A DNA stretch of 44,362 bases. Source: a virus. This document shows positions 8,027-18,878 of this stretch, piece by piece. Within the stretch, counting starts at the first letter, position 1. Every line of letters begins with the position of its first letter. The DNA lies in the UHGV virus genome UHGV-0253961. The stretch is one strand, 5' to 3'. A program made the position numbers and the translations under genes. The notes beneath the pieces were generated by a model. That model saw nothing but the letters and a program-made list of their open reading frames with translations, did no database searches and had not been told where the DNA came from.

Positions 8027-8395
8027 TTAAGATTCCCCCAATTTTTGGTTTGCTTGTTCTTCTGTCAAACGAGCAATAGTTTGTTTTAAATCGTTCACTT
8101 CTTCTTGTAAATCAACTACTAGATTTGTTAGTTCGGCTATAGCTATATCTTTATTATCGACAGGAGTTTCTATTTTAGGCAGTGACTTCGCTAATTCTTC
8201 TTCAGTTTGACCTACCCATTGCTTACCGTCGTAATAGCAAGGCAAGATAATACCTTGTGGAGGCTTGTTATCTGTCCATTTTTCATTCGGATAAACATAT
8301 TCATCTTCTTCATTTTTATAGACGATAACAGCTTGTCCGTTTTTCCATAAATAAACTACTTTCATTTCATCACTCCGTCCATTCGTATTGACCAT
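8027..8395 (-). CDS. Hypothetical tail-region protein (122 aa, possibly XkdW-like) with a C-terminal coiled coil
   Basis: Position between a BppU-like protein and XkdX. No catalytic motifs. Confidence 0.5.
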   Translation of the reverse strand: MVNTNGRSDEMKVVYLWKNGQAVIVYKNEEDEYVYPNEKWTDNKPPQGIILPCYYDGKQWVGQTEEELAKSLPKIETPVDNKDIAIAELTNLVVDLQEEVNDLKQTIARLTEEQANQKLGES

Positions 8396-9902
8396 AGATA
8401 TAATCTGTATCAGTCCATGCGCTAGGATCTACAGTAGCATCAAAGTTCACCGTGCCTGACGTGTTCAACGAAATACGTCCATTATTTTTATTTCTAGGTG
8501 CACTAATTGAGAAAAATACTAAGTTTCTAACAAACTCTTTTGGTAACATCGCAATAGTTTGACCGTGTTTGATAGTTGTTGCATTAATGCGTATCATTTT
8601 TCTAGTAATACCATTTTGAGTAATTGTTCTATACGCACTAGTGAAACCACCTTTAGAAACTAAATCATTATGAGGGGATGCACTATTTACTAGTTGCAAA
8701 TCAATCCAACCAGTATCTACAACATCTGAACCAACACGCTCCCAACCACTCCACGTTTTGTAAAATCTTTTTTGGTATATAACGGTTGAATTGTAAGGTT
8801 GATAACGTATTAGTATTGCGTCATCACCTCTTTTTAACTTCGTTAACCAACCATTGTTGTTAGTTTCAGGAGGGTTGTTTAGTGTTAAAGCAACATATCG
8901 TGTGCCAATAGGTAAAGCAGTTAATTGTTCATTATTATCGAAATCTATTTGTAAGCTAGAGTCATAAAAGTTAGTGCCATCATCATTTGTTAATTTAAAT
9001 TTTTGCCAATTCTTTTCTGTAAACTTATTTTCTACATATTCAGGGGTAGTAAAACCATCTCTTTCAAGAGTTTCGTTGAATGTTTGTAGTTTTTCGTCAA
9101 TTGTTGTGTTAGCCTGATTAACATTTGTATTAAAAGCGTCTACATTGCTATCATAAGTTTTTTTGAACGTATCAGAAGCCAAATCATAATCTGTCTTGAT
9201 AGCGTCACGTTTAGCATCTATTTGTCTTAAAGCTTCTTCTCTTTCTAAATCGATACTTTGATTAGAAGTAAGTAACGCGTCTGTAATGGCAATAAGAGCG
9301 TCTGCTTGAGCCTTGTTTATTTTAACGAGATATTCTTCAGCTGTTTGCTTAATAGATTCAATCAGCGTTTGTGTATCGCCTATATCTTGTTTGAGTTGTT
9401 GCACTTTCTTTTCTAATTCTGTGCGTAAGTCATCAAACATACGAATGTAAGATACTTTGATATCACTTTCTATTTGATTGATAAGACTATCACGTACTGT
9501 AAATTTAAAAGTACCTAATACAACAGTGTCGTCATTTCCTACATTGTTTACATCATTGAGTGATAAGTAAATTTCACCCAACACTTCAGAATCGACAACG
9601 TTTTTTAAAAACCATTGAGGCACCGTAACACCTATCAATCCTTTCATCGGATCAATGAATTCTACGTCTAATACACCTGATGTACTAGGTCGTTTTTCTT
9701 CTGTTCCGTTTGTAGCTTTAAAGAAAGCATAACCCTTAACGTTTTTGTCACTGATTAACAAAGGTTTGTTATCTTTTTGTACTACAAATTGAAATTTAGC
9801 GGTGTTTTTATCGAGATTATAAAAACCGATACCTCTATTAGATATCGGTTGTAAATATGGTTCTTCATTTAAATCGAGTTTACCTACTTTTTCTAATTCC
9901 AT
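8370..9902 (-). CDS. Baseplate or tail-fibre protein with a BppU-like N-terminus, a coiled-coil stalk and a globular C-terminal domain. It is a possible receptor-binding protein
   Basis: 510 aa. The N-terminus MELEKVGKLDLNEEPY..GIGFYNL resembles the baseplate upper protein (BppU) N-domain. There is a long heptad region and then an aromatic-rich C-terminal domain. Confidence 0.55.
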   Translation of the reverse strand: MELEKVGKLDLNEEPYLQPISNRGIGFYNLDKNTAKFQFVVQKDNKPLLISDKNVKGYAFFKATNGTEEKRPSTSGVLDVEFIDPMKGLIGVTVPQWFLKNVVDSEVLGEIYLSLNDVNNVGNDDTVVLGTFKFTVRDSLINQIESDIKVSYIRMFDDLRTELEKKVQQLKQDIGDTQTLIESIKQTAEEYLVKINKAQADALIAITDALLTSNQSIDLEREEALRQIDAKRDAIKTDYDLASDTFKKTYDSNVDAFNTNVNQANTTIDEKLQTFNETLERDGFTTPEYVENKFTEKNWQKFKLTNDDGTNFYDSSLQIDFDNNEQLTALPIGTRYVALTLNNPPETNNNGWLTKLKRGDDAILIRYQPYNSTVIYQKRFYKTWSGWERVGSDVVDTGWIDLQLVNSASPHNDLVSKGGFTSAYRTITQNGITRKMIRINATTIKHGQTIAMLPKEFVRNLVFFSISAPRNKNNGRISLNTSGTVNFDATVDPSAWTDTDYIYGQYEWTE

Positions 9903-12568
9903 TATTTAGCACCCCACAATACTAATGCTATTGCACAGCCACGTTCTTCAGTGTATTCAGAAGTTATCTTCATGACTCTACCTTTACCATTTACATTATC
10001 TTTGTAACCCACACCTGCTCTACCATTGATATAGTCACCTGGTATAACGTCTTTTTCAATGTTTGTGTAGATTTGGCCTAATAATCCGACTACATTCCAT
10101 TCAGGTCTTTCTGAACGAGATTCGTAACTAATGCTATCGTCATAATCAGGGTTTTCTACTGGTACATCACGCCATTCGAATGAAACGTTGCCCTCATCGT
10201 CTACAAACTCAACTTGTTTTCTGTTTGTAATTGTTACACCGTATTCGTTCTTTAAGAATCTGTCTTTATGGTGGAATGTTTTTTCATTAGCGACTAATGC
10301 AGCAGTGCCAGAAATAACACCAATAGGCTCGTCGCTAGGTTGTGCTTTTCTTATTTTATCTCCGTCTAAAGTAACGATAGTTCCTAAATCAATTGCTAAT
10401 CCATTTTGTGACTCAAATAACTCTGCGATATCGGCACTATCTTGTTTAAGTTGACCTGCTAAAGTAAGGTTTCCAGAGTATGTGCTTAAATCAAACTTGA
10501 TATTTGAAGTTGAAGGACCACCTTTTGAGCCATAACCACCAACAACGTGATAGTTTCCTGGAGATTTAACCCTGTTACTATTAAGGATTAGTTGCGTATG
10601 TCCTGACTTATCTGTTTCGGAATTAAGTGCGTTGATAATACCACTACGAGATCCATAAGCTTTAGATTTAGCACCTGAACCTAAGACAAAACTACGACTA
10701 CTATATGCTTTTGAACCACCTGTTGACGCAATAACTGCGCTTGTATTCGCTACACCTGCACTACCAGTGGTTGCAATACTTGCACCACCTTTTCCAACTG
10801 TAGGAGCAGTGTCGTATTTTTCACCTGCTATCCAAGCTGGTGTGGAGTAATTGTCTGATGTAACACCATTGACTATTGCATGGTTGTTAGTTAATCGTAA
10901 TCCGATACCCGAACCATTACCATGTAAGTTGCAGTTAGTAATTTTGGTATCATTAATACTTCCGCCTACGCCAATACCGATGTTATTTGATGAATTCCAA
11001 ATATTGATATTGTTAAGTGATACTCTTGACGGTCTATTACTTCCACCGAACAATCTAATATCAACGTCTGCATTTTTAAAGTTACGAACATTGATGTTGT
11101 TGAACGAGATGTTTTCTGCCATGAATTGAACAGCAATAGCAGGTTGTTTTTTGTCTAGTTTTCCATCTTCTAATATGCCAAAATCACTAGTACCTATAGC
11201 TGTGAAGTTGTTTACAGATACATTTCTATATGCACTGATTACTAATGCTCTTGGAGTAGACCCTGGATAAACGCCATTGAATTTAGGGTTAAGCGCTAAA
11301 CAGTTATTAAGCGAAACATCATATGCAGTTAAACTTTTAGAATCTGTTTTAGCATTATGATGTCCGATATGTCTAATGTTGTACGCTCTTGTATCTTCGA
11401 TTGATACATGGCCGTTAACAAACACACCACTTGCTGCACTTGCGTTACTATGCGCTTTAATTTCTAACCCACCAAAGTTGCCTTTAGTTCGGTTATTCGA
11501 TAAGAAAACATATTGCGAGCCGTCGTCAATTTCTATACCGTTATTATTGCTCCCTCCAGTTGGAGTGTGCGCATAGGAATTAGAAATTGTGATGTAACGA
11601 GAATGGTGGGTAGTAATACCGTCATCTCCACAACCATACGCCTCACAATTATCAATGAATATATGTTTACTTTCTAACGAGTAAGGTACGCGATTGCCGT
11701 CACCCTCGTAATAATAATTGTCGTTTGCATATGTTACGTCGATACAGTGAAGTAAAGCGTCATACGACTTAACGTTGTAAATGTAACCGTTAGTTACACC
11801 TGCAAATCTAATGTTAGATGAGCGAGAACCACCGGATGCTTTTAATGTTTTGTTTTGTCTAAACTTATTTCCGTTAAAAGAAAAACTTTCTAATGAGATA
11901 TTCTCTGCACTACCACTCATTTTTAAATTAGTAATACCAATGTTTTCTGCAGGTGTTTCGTCCATAAATTTAATTGTAGTAATGTCTTTACCTTGTCCAA
12001 CTAAACGAGAGTTGTTAGGCATTTTAATACCTGTTGTAAGGTAAGTACCACCACTCATGGTTACTTGTACGTTACCGTTGCCTAATGCATCTTGGAAAGC
12101 TTTTGTACTGTCCTTTTGACCTGTGGGATCTCCACCAAAGTCGTCAACATTAACAATACGTTGTATTTTTTTAGTTAAGTCTGCTCTTAGTTCTTCTCTA
12201 GCATTACTTTCTCTTAAAAAGTCGTGATATAGACGTTGATGTAAAGAATCGAAACTTTGAGCGTCCATTGATGTGTGACTTGCTTTTAATTCATTGTTAC
12301 CGTCGCCATTATGACCTAACACAAGATGTTCAATAAGTTCGTCTTGAAAGTTCTCATGATTGGATAAGACAACATCTTGACCTTTTGTAGTTTTGTGTTT
12401 GATTTGTTCAGTTGTATGTGCATTTTTTTGAGTGGTTAAATGCTCGTTAAAGCTATCATCACTTTTATTAGTCCAGTATTTTATTTGTTCGAAGTTGTTT
12501 TCAAGTTGACTTACAAACTTTTGACTAAAGTACGAGTGAAGTTTCGTAATTAAATTGTCTAATTTCAA
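9902..12568 (-). CDS. Tail fibre or baseplate protein with a right-handed parallel beta-helix (pectate-lyase-like) domain. It is a candidate depolymerase or receptor-binding protein
   Basis: 888 aa with many N..G/IxN beta-helix rungs (NINIWNSSNNIGIG, NCNLHGNGSGIGL and others) and a Gly-rich C-terminal region. Confidence 0.65.
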   Translation of the reverse strand: MKLDNLITKLHSYFSQKFVSQLENNFEQIKYWTNKSDDSFNEHLTTQKNAHTTEQIKHKTTKGQDVVLSNHENFQDELIEHLVLGHNGDGNNELKASHTSMDAQSFDSLHQRLYHDFLRESNAREELRADLTKKIQRIVNVDDFGGDPTGQKDSTKAFQDALGNGNVQVTMSGGTYLTTGIKMPNNSRLVGQGKDITTIKFMDETPAENIGITNLKMSGSAENISLESFSFNGNKFRQNKTLKASGGSRSSNIRFAGVTNGYIYNVKSYDALLHCIDVTYANDNYYYEGDGNRVPYSLESKHIFIDNCEAYGCGDDGITTHHSRYITISNSYAHTPTGGSNNNGIEIDDGSQYVFLSNNRTKGNFGGLEIKAHSNASAASGVFVNGHVSIEDTRAYNIRHIGHHNAKTDSKSLTAYDVSLNNCLALNPKFNGVYPGSTPRALVISAYRNVSVNNFTAIGTSDFGILEDGKLDKKQPAIAVQFMAENISFNNINVRNFKNADVDIRLFGGSNRPSRVSLNNINIWNSSNNIGIGVGGSINDTKITNCNLHGNGSGIGLRLTNNHAIVNGVTSDNYSTPAWIAGEKYDTAPTVGKGGASIATTGSAGVANTSAVIASTGGSKAYSSRSFVLGSGAKSKAYGSRSGIINALNSETDKSGHTQLILNSNRVKSPGNYHVVGGYGSKGGPSTSNIKFDLSTYSGNLTLAGQLKQDSADIAELFESQNGLAIDLGTIVTLDGDKIRKAQPSDEPIGVISGTAALVANEKTFHHKDRFLKNEYGVTITNRKQVEFVDDEGNVSFEWRDVPVENPDYDDSISYESRSERPEWNVVGLLGQIYTNIEKDVIPGDYINGRAGVGYKDNVNGKGRVMKITSEYTEERGCAIALVLWGAK

Positions 12569-12582
12569 AGTTTTTGACCTCC

Positions 12583-14439
12583 TTAGCCATAAAAACCGTA
12601 AAAGTTTTTAACTAGTTCATACATAATGACTTCGTGCCCTTTTTCGTTAGGGTGTACACCGTCAGGCATGCTCGATTTTCTGTATGAAGGTATATTGGGT
12701 TTGAATTGTGTTGAGTGATAAGCGTCATACACAGGTATATCTAACTCATTACAAGCGTCTATTTGAACGTCTACATAGTCAGCTAACGTGTAACCTAAAT
12801 CGTTCTTAGTGGTGTCTTTTCGGACAACCTTACCGTCTTTTATATAACACTGTTTTGTAGGTGTCATGACGATTATTTTTGATTTAGGGTTATTACTCTT
12901 AATTTTAGAAATGGCACTATAAAAGGCACCGTAAAACGTTTTAATGTCCGTTTTATCAGTGCCTATCTTAATATCATTTGTCCAATCATCATCTGTACCT
13001 TGAACAATGATTAAATCACCTTTAATTTTAGTTGCTTGTTCATAAATGCTATTATCTTTGTTTGTGCTTATTGTCGCACCACTAACAGCTAAGTTTGTTG
13101 ATTTAGCTTTTATCTTCTTAGCTAACATTTGCGTAAAGTTAGTTTTAGCACCAGTACCTTTAGCTACTGAATCTCCAATAGTACCTATTGTTTTAACTTT
13201 CCTAATTTTAGACTTAGGTGTAAAGTCGTGAACAATCGTACCATTTGCAGTTGTAACACTTTTAGCATGTGCGCTTTCTAATCTCTTTTTAATGTCATCG
13301 GTTTTCTTTTGTAAATCTTGTGTTGTTTTAGTGTTAGCTTGTGTTTGTGCTTGCATTGACCGTAAATCTTTCGCAGGATCAGATTTGTTAGATTTAATAG
13401 CTTTAACATAATTTGCAGCAGTATTTACTGCTTTCATATATCTATCTTGTAATCTAAATTCTCCAAGTACTACGTCTTGCTTGATAATTTTATTGTAAAT
13501 ATCTCTATGAGTAGTAATTTCGATAATTCTAACAAATTCATTTAACCCTATTAAATCGTCAACTACATTCACAATATCTCCAACTCTAGGTACTGCTTCT
13601 TTAAAATGTTTTTGTAAAGATATGAAGTCTAGGGTTACAGATGTTTTTAAACTTTCTTGTATAACTAGCTCCATAGCTTTTTTGAGTGTATCACCCTTTG
13701 TCATACGTCCATCTACAACAGGTGGCGCATGTCGTTTACCTATAAGGTCAGCTAAGGGGTGTGTGTACTCATATTGCAAGCTAGCTTCGTTAAAAGTTTG
13801 TTGATCGTCAAAACCACCATAACCTCTGATGTAGGTATAACATTTAGAAGCGTCCTCTTGCACCTTTACATTGTTAGCGTTAACGCCTGCTTTGATATAA
13901 TAGTCAGCCTTACGTTGAACAACATCGAACAAGTGAAAAGTCTTTGTTTTAGGTTCGTATTCGTACTCTAGGTCGTAACGTTCTAAACCTTTTTTGAATA
14001 GTTCTAAGTTTGTATCATGGTTACCTAGATTTTCAAATTTAGACGATGAAACTTTAGCGTGTAATTCATACTTATAACCCGTATCTTTAAAAACTAAATC
14101 AAAGTACCTTTTTCCTGTAAAACTACCGTTATATACTTCATACACTCTTAAATTGTTTAGGTCATCTAATTCAACAGGACGTGCTTTGATTGTTAACTTT
14201 TCTTTTTGTCCTACAGTCGTTTTATCTAACATAACGATACGGTATTCATTAAGGTCATCTGCACCACCAACACCTGTAATCGTCCACATTTTAGTAATAG
14301 CCCCTATAGCGTCGAATGTAGCTTTGTTTTCTACCATTTCTATTTCTAAGGAGCCATCTTCATTTAATTTCTCGTTTAATTTTGTTTCTACAGGTAGGGA
14401 TTGCCCAATGCCCTGTAACGTTTTTAATAATATTGGCAA
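12583..14439 (-). CDS. Tail-associated lysin (Tal, prophage endopeptidase tail family) with a C-terminal SGNH/GDSL hydrolase domain
   Basis: 618 aa downstream of Dit. The C-terminus has IGTIGDSVAKGTG (GDS block) and DGVHPNEKGHE (DxxH block) of SGNH esterases. Confidence 0.75.
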   Translation of the reverse strand: MPILLKTLQGIGQSLPVETKLNEKLNEDGSLEIEMVENKATFDAIGAITKMWTITGVGGADDLNEYRIVMLDKTTVGQKEKLTIKARPVELDDLNNLRVYEVYNGSFTGKRYFDLVFKDTGYKYELHAKVSSSKFENLGNHDTNLELFKKGLERYDLEYEYEPKTKTFHLFDVVQRKADYYIKAGVNANNVKVQEDASKCYTYIRGYGGFDDQQTFNEASLQYEYTHPLADLIGKRHAPPVVDGRMTKGDTLKKAMELVIQESLKTSVTLDFISLQKHFKEAVPRVGDIVNVVDDLIGLNEFVRIIEITTHRDIYNKIIKQDVVLGEFRLQDRYMKAVNTAANYVKAIKSNKSDPAKDLRSMQAQTQANTKTTQDLQKKTDDIKKRLESAHAKSVTTANGTIVHDFTPKSKIRKVKTIGTIGDSVAKGTGAKTNFTQMLAKKIKAKSTNLAVSGATISTNKDNSIYEQATKIKGDLIIVQGTDDDWTNDIKIGTDKTDIKTFYGAFYSAISKIKSNNPKSKIIVMTPTKQCYIKDGKVVRKDTTKNDLGYTLADYVDVQIDACNELDIPVYDAYHSTQFKPNIPSYRKSSMPDGVHPNEKGHEVIMYELVKNFYGFYG

Positions 14440-14452
14440 TTAAGCAACCTCC

Positions 14453-15391
14453 TTACAAGTAATATCTTTTGTGTTTAAACGTGATTTTTTGAAGTTTCTT
14501 AGTAGTATGGAAAGTATTCCAACCAGGCATTAACACAGGTTGTTGTTTCGTCTTATTGTAATCATCAATGCGTAAGTTATTACGATATACATGAATGCCG
14601 TCAAATTTGATAACATCACCGGCTCTCAATTCTAATCCACTTATTTTCATAATGTCACTATGTGTCATATAGAAGTTAAAACCATCGCTATCATTTTTAC
14701 TGACATTTTCTCCAAGTGTCATTTCTACAACACTATCTTGGTTGAATTGGTTAATTTCAGCTGTACCACCGTAATATACATCGCCTACTTTAGTATCATA
14801 GAATGTGTATCTACGTTCTTTATGAGATGTGTTGAACGGGTTTTTGTCTGGAATACCCCATTTATTCAAATTACCACTCTCTTTTTCTAAATCTGTACTA
14901 TACCCAATACTCTCAAAGTATGGTAATTCAATCGTTTCGAAATCTAGTGTGAATTCACCTGACGTTTTAGTAGTATCGAATGACACTTCATTAACTAAGC
15001 CGACAAGTATCTGCCTACCGTCAACATATTCTAGTTCAAAAGATTGTTCCTTAGGTTGGAATATATTCTCGAATTTAATTTCACTTTCAGACGCTGCTAA
15101 TTCTCTAAGGTAAAAATGACCTCTTAGCATAGCTTGTATGTTCGCTTTTAAATGAGAAGCATAAGCTATCTTTTCCACATCGTATCTCACAATCATTGAA
15201 ATGCTTTTCTTTTCTTCTTTAGTAGCGTTATGGAATCTACCGTTAACACGATCAATTTCATCAAATTTACGGTCATAGCCAGCACCTTTAACATCATAAG
15301 AAACAACTCTCAACGCAGTACCAGTGAAGCGATTGTCACTAATACGCAAACGTTCTTTATTTTTGTAAACTTCAACATCATGTAATATCAA
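14453..15391 (-). CDS. Distal tail protein (Dit)
   Basis: 312-aa ORF immediately downstream of the tape-measure gene, the conserved siphovirus position. Confidence 0.65.
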   Translation of the reverse strand: MILHDVEVYKNKERLRISDNRFTGTALRVVSYDVKGAGYDRKFDEIDRVNGRFHNATKEEKKSISMIVRYDVEKIAYASHLKANIQAMLRGHFYLRELAASESEIKFENIFQPKEQSFELEYVDGRQILVGLVNEVSFDTTKTSGEFTLDFETIELPYFESIGYSTDLEKESGNLNKWGIPDKNPFNTSHKERRYTFYDTKVGDVYYGGTAEINQFNQDSVVEMTLGENVSKNDSDGFNFYMTHSDIMKISGLELRAGDVIKFDGIHVYRNNLRIDDYNKTKQQPVLMPGWNTFHTTKKLQKITFKHKRYYL

Positions 15392-15406
15392 TTAACAATC
15401 ACTCCT

Positions 15407-18400
15407 TTAAAATAATCCGAAACTTGCGTCTTTTGAGTTGGAATCTTCAATGTAAGATTTAATAGCCGGTATATCTGACTCATTGCGAACAGTCACGTTG
15501 ACGATAGGTTTATTGTTCTCTTGCATGCTATGACGTACGTCTTTACTCATATGTGCGTTCACATCGCTATTTAATCCACCTGTTAAGTCTGATGTTAAAT
15601 CAGTGTTTAAATCAGGGCTAAATGCGTTAGTTACACCTTTCGCTAAACGACGACTGGCATTAATAGCACTATTGCTTTGTTCCATAATACCAATACCTAA
15701 ACCTTGAGAAATATATCCGCCTATACCTCTGAACACACGTGAAGGTGAGTGAATACCTAGTACGTTTTTAGCTGCACTAACTGCTTTTTTAGCGATGTTT
15801 GCAGCAGCATTTATAACTCTACTTGCACCATTTGCAATACCTTTTGCAATCCCCGACGCAATATGCAATCCTGCAGATACCATTTTTCCGAAGAAACTTC
15901 TGACTTTTGAAACAGCTCTACCCATACCAGAAGCCACTTGAGATACAACTCTAACAAAACCACTAACCACACCTTGAACAAATCTACTCATCGCAGAAAT
16001 GATACTTGAAACCCAACGAGCACCACCAGAAATGATGCGACTTAATGCTTGCATCATTTTTTGAGCAACAGTTGAAACTACACGTGAAAACCAACTTGAT
16101 ACTGTATTCCATATTCTAGTAACTGCACCTGAAATCGCAGACCAAATTTGGTTCCAACTTGTAATATTAGTACCAAGTATTCTGTTCAAAACATTGAATA
16201 TGAAGTTAGAAATTTGGCCCCAAATTGACAATATGGTATTCCAAATCGTAGTCATTACATTAGAAATCGTAGTTTGTAAAGTTTGCCAAGCGCCAGAAAA
16301 ATCTCCGGTAAGGAGCTGTATTAATGCAGTAAACAAACCGAAAATCAATTGCGTAGCAGCTTGTAGTATTCCACCTATCGCAGTGAATACTACTGAAATC
16401 ACAGTCCAAAGAGATTGGAAAGCAGTTACTAAACCATTGATAAGGCTGATGAATAAGAAGCCGAGAACTTGGTTTGCAACTTGTCCTAACATTTGTAAGA
16501 TAGGCATAATTGGTTGGAGCGTTTGTTCGATAGACGCTCTGAACTGATTAAACCAGTTAATCACTGTTTTTACAGCGTTCATTATCGTATCTTTAATTGT
16601 GTTCCAAGCTTCAACACAAGTTTTTCTGAAATTCTCGTTCGTTTTCCATAACCAAACAATAATACCTATTAAAGCAACGATAACGCCTATGATAGCCAAT
16701 ACAGGCCATGAAATCGCGCCTATAGCTACACCCAATGCTTGGAAAGCGCCACTTAACATAGGTAAGATACGCATAATTGTACTAATAGGGCTCATGAGAA
16801 GTCTAAATGCGATTTTCACTAGGTTTAACGCACTTCTAAGTATTTGAGTGTTTCTAGCAAAAGCTAACATTTTACCGATAGCTTGGATTAAACCTACACC
16901 GAACACATTAGATAGCAATGTACTTACTGCAATAATTGGTGCTAGTAAAGCCCACAACATACCACCGAGTATCATACCTATACCAACCATTCGAGCTATA
17001 GCAGGGTGTGTTTCAAACAACTTAGCTATGAAACCAGCTAATGCCGTTACTACTTTTAATATAACACTTGCTATTGGCGCCATTGCAGTGCCGAATGCAA
17101 CCAAAACTCTTACGATATTACCGATTAGATCCATAATGACTGGACCATTCTCTTGCACATACTGAACAAACTTTTTAAACCCTTCAGATTTACCAACTTG
17201 TTCAGACCATTCTCTAAACTTAGCAGTCATTTTAACTAGCCAATCAAAGATATTAGAGCTGTTTTGAGCAAATGCTTTCATCAAGTTACCAATACCCATG
17301 AATACATTGCCAAATATTTGACCTATTTTAGGTAAATTAGTTTTAGTGTATTCAATAAAAGATTTAATAGCATTTTGACCTGCTACACTGTTAGCCCAGT
17401 TTTGGAACTTTTTACCTAGATTATCTAATCCTTTAGCAGTCCATAAGAATAGTGGACCTAATTGAGTGAATACATTAATAAGTCCGTCACCAAAGCGTCC
17501 TGCAGCACTTAATAATGTGTTGAATGTCTTAACACCTGTTGTATTCATCATGTTAAAGAATTTGCTAGCAGTTTGACTGTTTTGAGCCCATTTTAAGACA
17601 CTCTGTGACGCTTGTTCCATTCCTTTAGAGATACCTGCTAAGAATGGTTTCATACGCCCTAAAGCTACGTTAACAGTGTCTAAAGCGTTAGATAACGTAT
17701 TGAAGATTTGTGCTTGGTTTTGTCTGATAATACTTCCCCATGTTGATTGAACTTCTTCTAAAGAAGCCTCATAACGTTTAGTTTGTGCTGTTGCTTCTAA
17801 CGTTCCATCACTCAACATCTTAATTGCACTTACTGCCATAGCACCAAATGCAAACGCACCACCTGCAGCGATACCAAATGCACCAGCTACACCTAATGCA
17901 CCACCAGCAACTACACCTAATGCGTTAGCTACTGCCATGATGGCGGGTACTAAACCAGCTATAATAGGAATAAGACCTTGAAAACTAGCGATTAGCACAC
18001 CTTTGATTTGTTGTCCAAACACAGTACCAAATGTACGAATACGAGTAGCTAATCTATCCATTTTGTCGCCGTATTCATCTAAAGACTGACTTAAAGCTCT
18101 AGTTAATACTTGAGCTCTTGTCATTCCCCTTGTATCAAAGTTAACTTTTACCGTTTTATCATGTAAGGTTGCCAACATAGCCTTAGCACCTAATACTGAA
18201 CGTTTTAAGGGATTGTTATTCCCTTTTATGTCTACTTCTTTATCTCTTAATTGCTGTAATTTCTCTTTAACTACTGCAATTGCTCGTTTGATAGGGTTAT
18301 TGTTACCGTCTATTTCAACGGTGTGTCCACGCCAACGTTGAGCCATTGCTTTTGCAGTGTTTAAGGCTCGTTTAAACTTACTGATATTCGCATCGACTTG

Positions 18401-18511
18401 TGTTTCGATTTCATCGGGTATTTCAGTTTTTGCCATACGTTGAGCTTTTCTGATGTTCCGTTGGAAATCTGTAATGATCGCCGATATACGAGCCATAAAG
18501 TTTTTATTCAT
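15407..18511 (-). CDS. Tail tape-measure protein (1034 aa)
   Basis: Size and position. N-terminal coiled coil, a hydrophobic Gly/Ala-rich central segment and a repetitive C-terminus. RBS AGGAGG. Confidence 0.9.
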   Translation of the reverse strand: MNKNFMARISAIITDFQRNIRKAQRMAKTEIPDEIETQVDANISKFKRALNTAKAMAQRWRGHTVEIDGNNNPIKRAIAVVKEKLQQLRDKEVDIKGNNNPLKRSVLGAKAMLATLHDKTVKVNFDTRGMTRAQVLTRALSQSLDEYGDKMDRLATRIRTFGTVFGQQIKGVLIASFQGLIPIIAGLVPAIMAVANALGVVAGGALGVAGAFGIAAGGAFAFGAMAVSAIKMLSDGTLEATAQTKRYEASLEEVQSTWGSIIRQNQAQIFNTLSNALDTVNVALGRMKPFLAGISKGMEQASQSVLKWAQNSQTASKFFNMMNTTGVKTFNTLLSAAGRFGDGLINVFTQLGPLFLWTAKGLDNLGKKFQNWANSVAGQNAIKSFIEYTKTNLPKIGQIFGNVFMGIGNLMKAFAQNSSNIFDWLVKMTAKFREWSEQVGKSEGFKKFVQYVQENGPVIMDLIGNIVRVLVAFGTAMAPIASVILKVVTALAGFIAKLFETHPAIARMVGIGMILGGMLWALLAPIIAVSTLLSNVFGVGLIQAIGKMLAFARNTQILRSALNLVKIAFRLLMSPISTIMRILPMLSGAFQALGVAIGAISWPVLAIIGVIVALIGIIVWLWKTNENFRKTCVEAWNTIKDTIMNAVKTVINWFNQFRASIEQTLQPIMPILQMLGQVANQVLGFLFISLINGLVTAFQSLWTVISVVFTAIGGILQAATQLIFGLFTALIQLLTGDFSGAWQTLQTTISNVMTTIWNTILSIWGQISNFIFNVLNRILGTNITSWNQIWSAISGAVTRIWNTVSSWFSRVVSTVAQKMMQALSRIISGGARWVSSIISAMSRFVQGVVSGFVRVVSQVASGMGRAVSKVRSFFGKMVSAGLHIASGIAKGIANGASRVINAAANIAKKAVSAAKNVLGIHSPSRVFRGIGGYISQGLGIGIMEQSNSAINASRRLAKGVTNAFSPDLNTDLTSDLTGGLNSDVNAHMSKDVRHSMQENNKPIVNVTVRNESDIPAIKSYIEDSNSKDASFGLF

Positions 18512-18513
18512 GG

Positions 18514-18816
18514 CTAACCTCCTTTTTGACTAGTATTGCGTAATGAATTCATAAAGCGTCGTGTACCTTGTTTCTGAACATTTCTAATGCGTTTGTTATG
18601 TGCTAACTTACGTTCTTTCATACGTTCGTATTCTTCTGACTGTCCACGTACTTCGTATCTTGCACGCTCTAACTGCTTCTGTAATCGTTTAAGTGATTTA
18701 CCAGCTTGCACAAGACCGTTAGCTTGAGCACCAAACAATAAATTTTCTTGTTCATCAAGTAACGCCAGTCTGCGACCGATAACCCAGTCTTTCCATTCAT
18801 TAGGCGTCAAACTCAT
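18514..18816 (-). CDS. Tail assembly chaperone, T portion of the G-T fusion (probably expressed by -1 frameshift from the upstream G ORF)
   Basis: This frame is -1 relative to 18879-19373. It stays open upstream of the Met and overlaps the end of G. This is the canonical gpG/gpGT arrangement between the major tail and tape-measure genes. Confidence 0.55.
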   Translation of the reverse strand: MSLTPNEWKDWVIGRRLALLDEQENLLFGAQANGLVQAGKSLKRLQKQLERARYEVRGQSEEYERMKERKLAHNKRIRNVQKQGTRRFMNSLRNTSQKGG

Positions 18817-18878
18817 TAATTCATCATAAGGGAGATAGCCTATGTATTGACTGGTTATCTGCCGTATTTCTGAATAAT

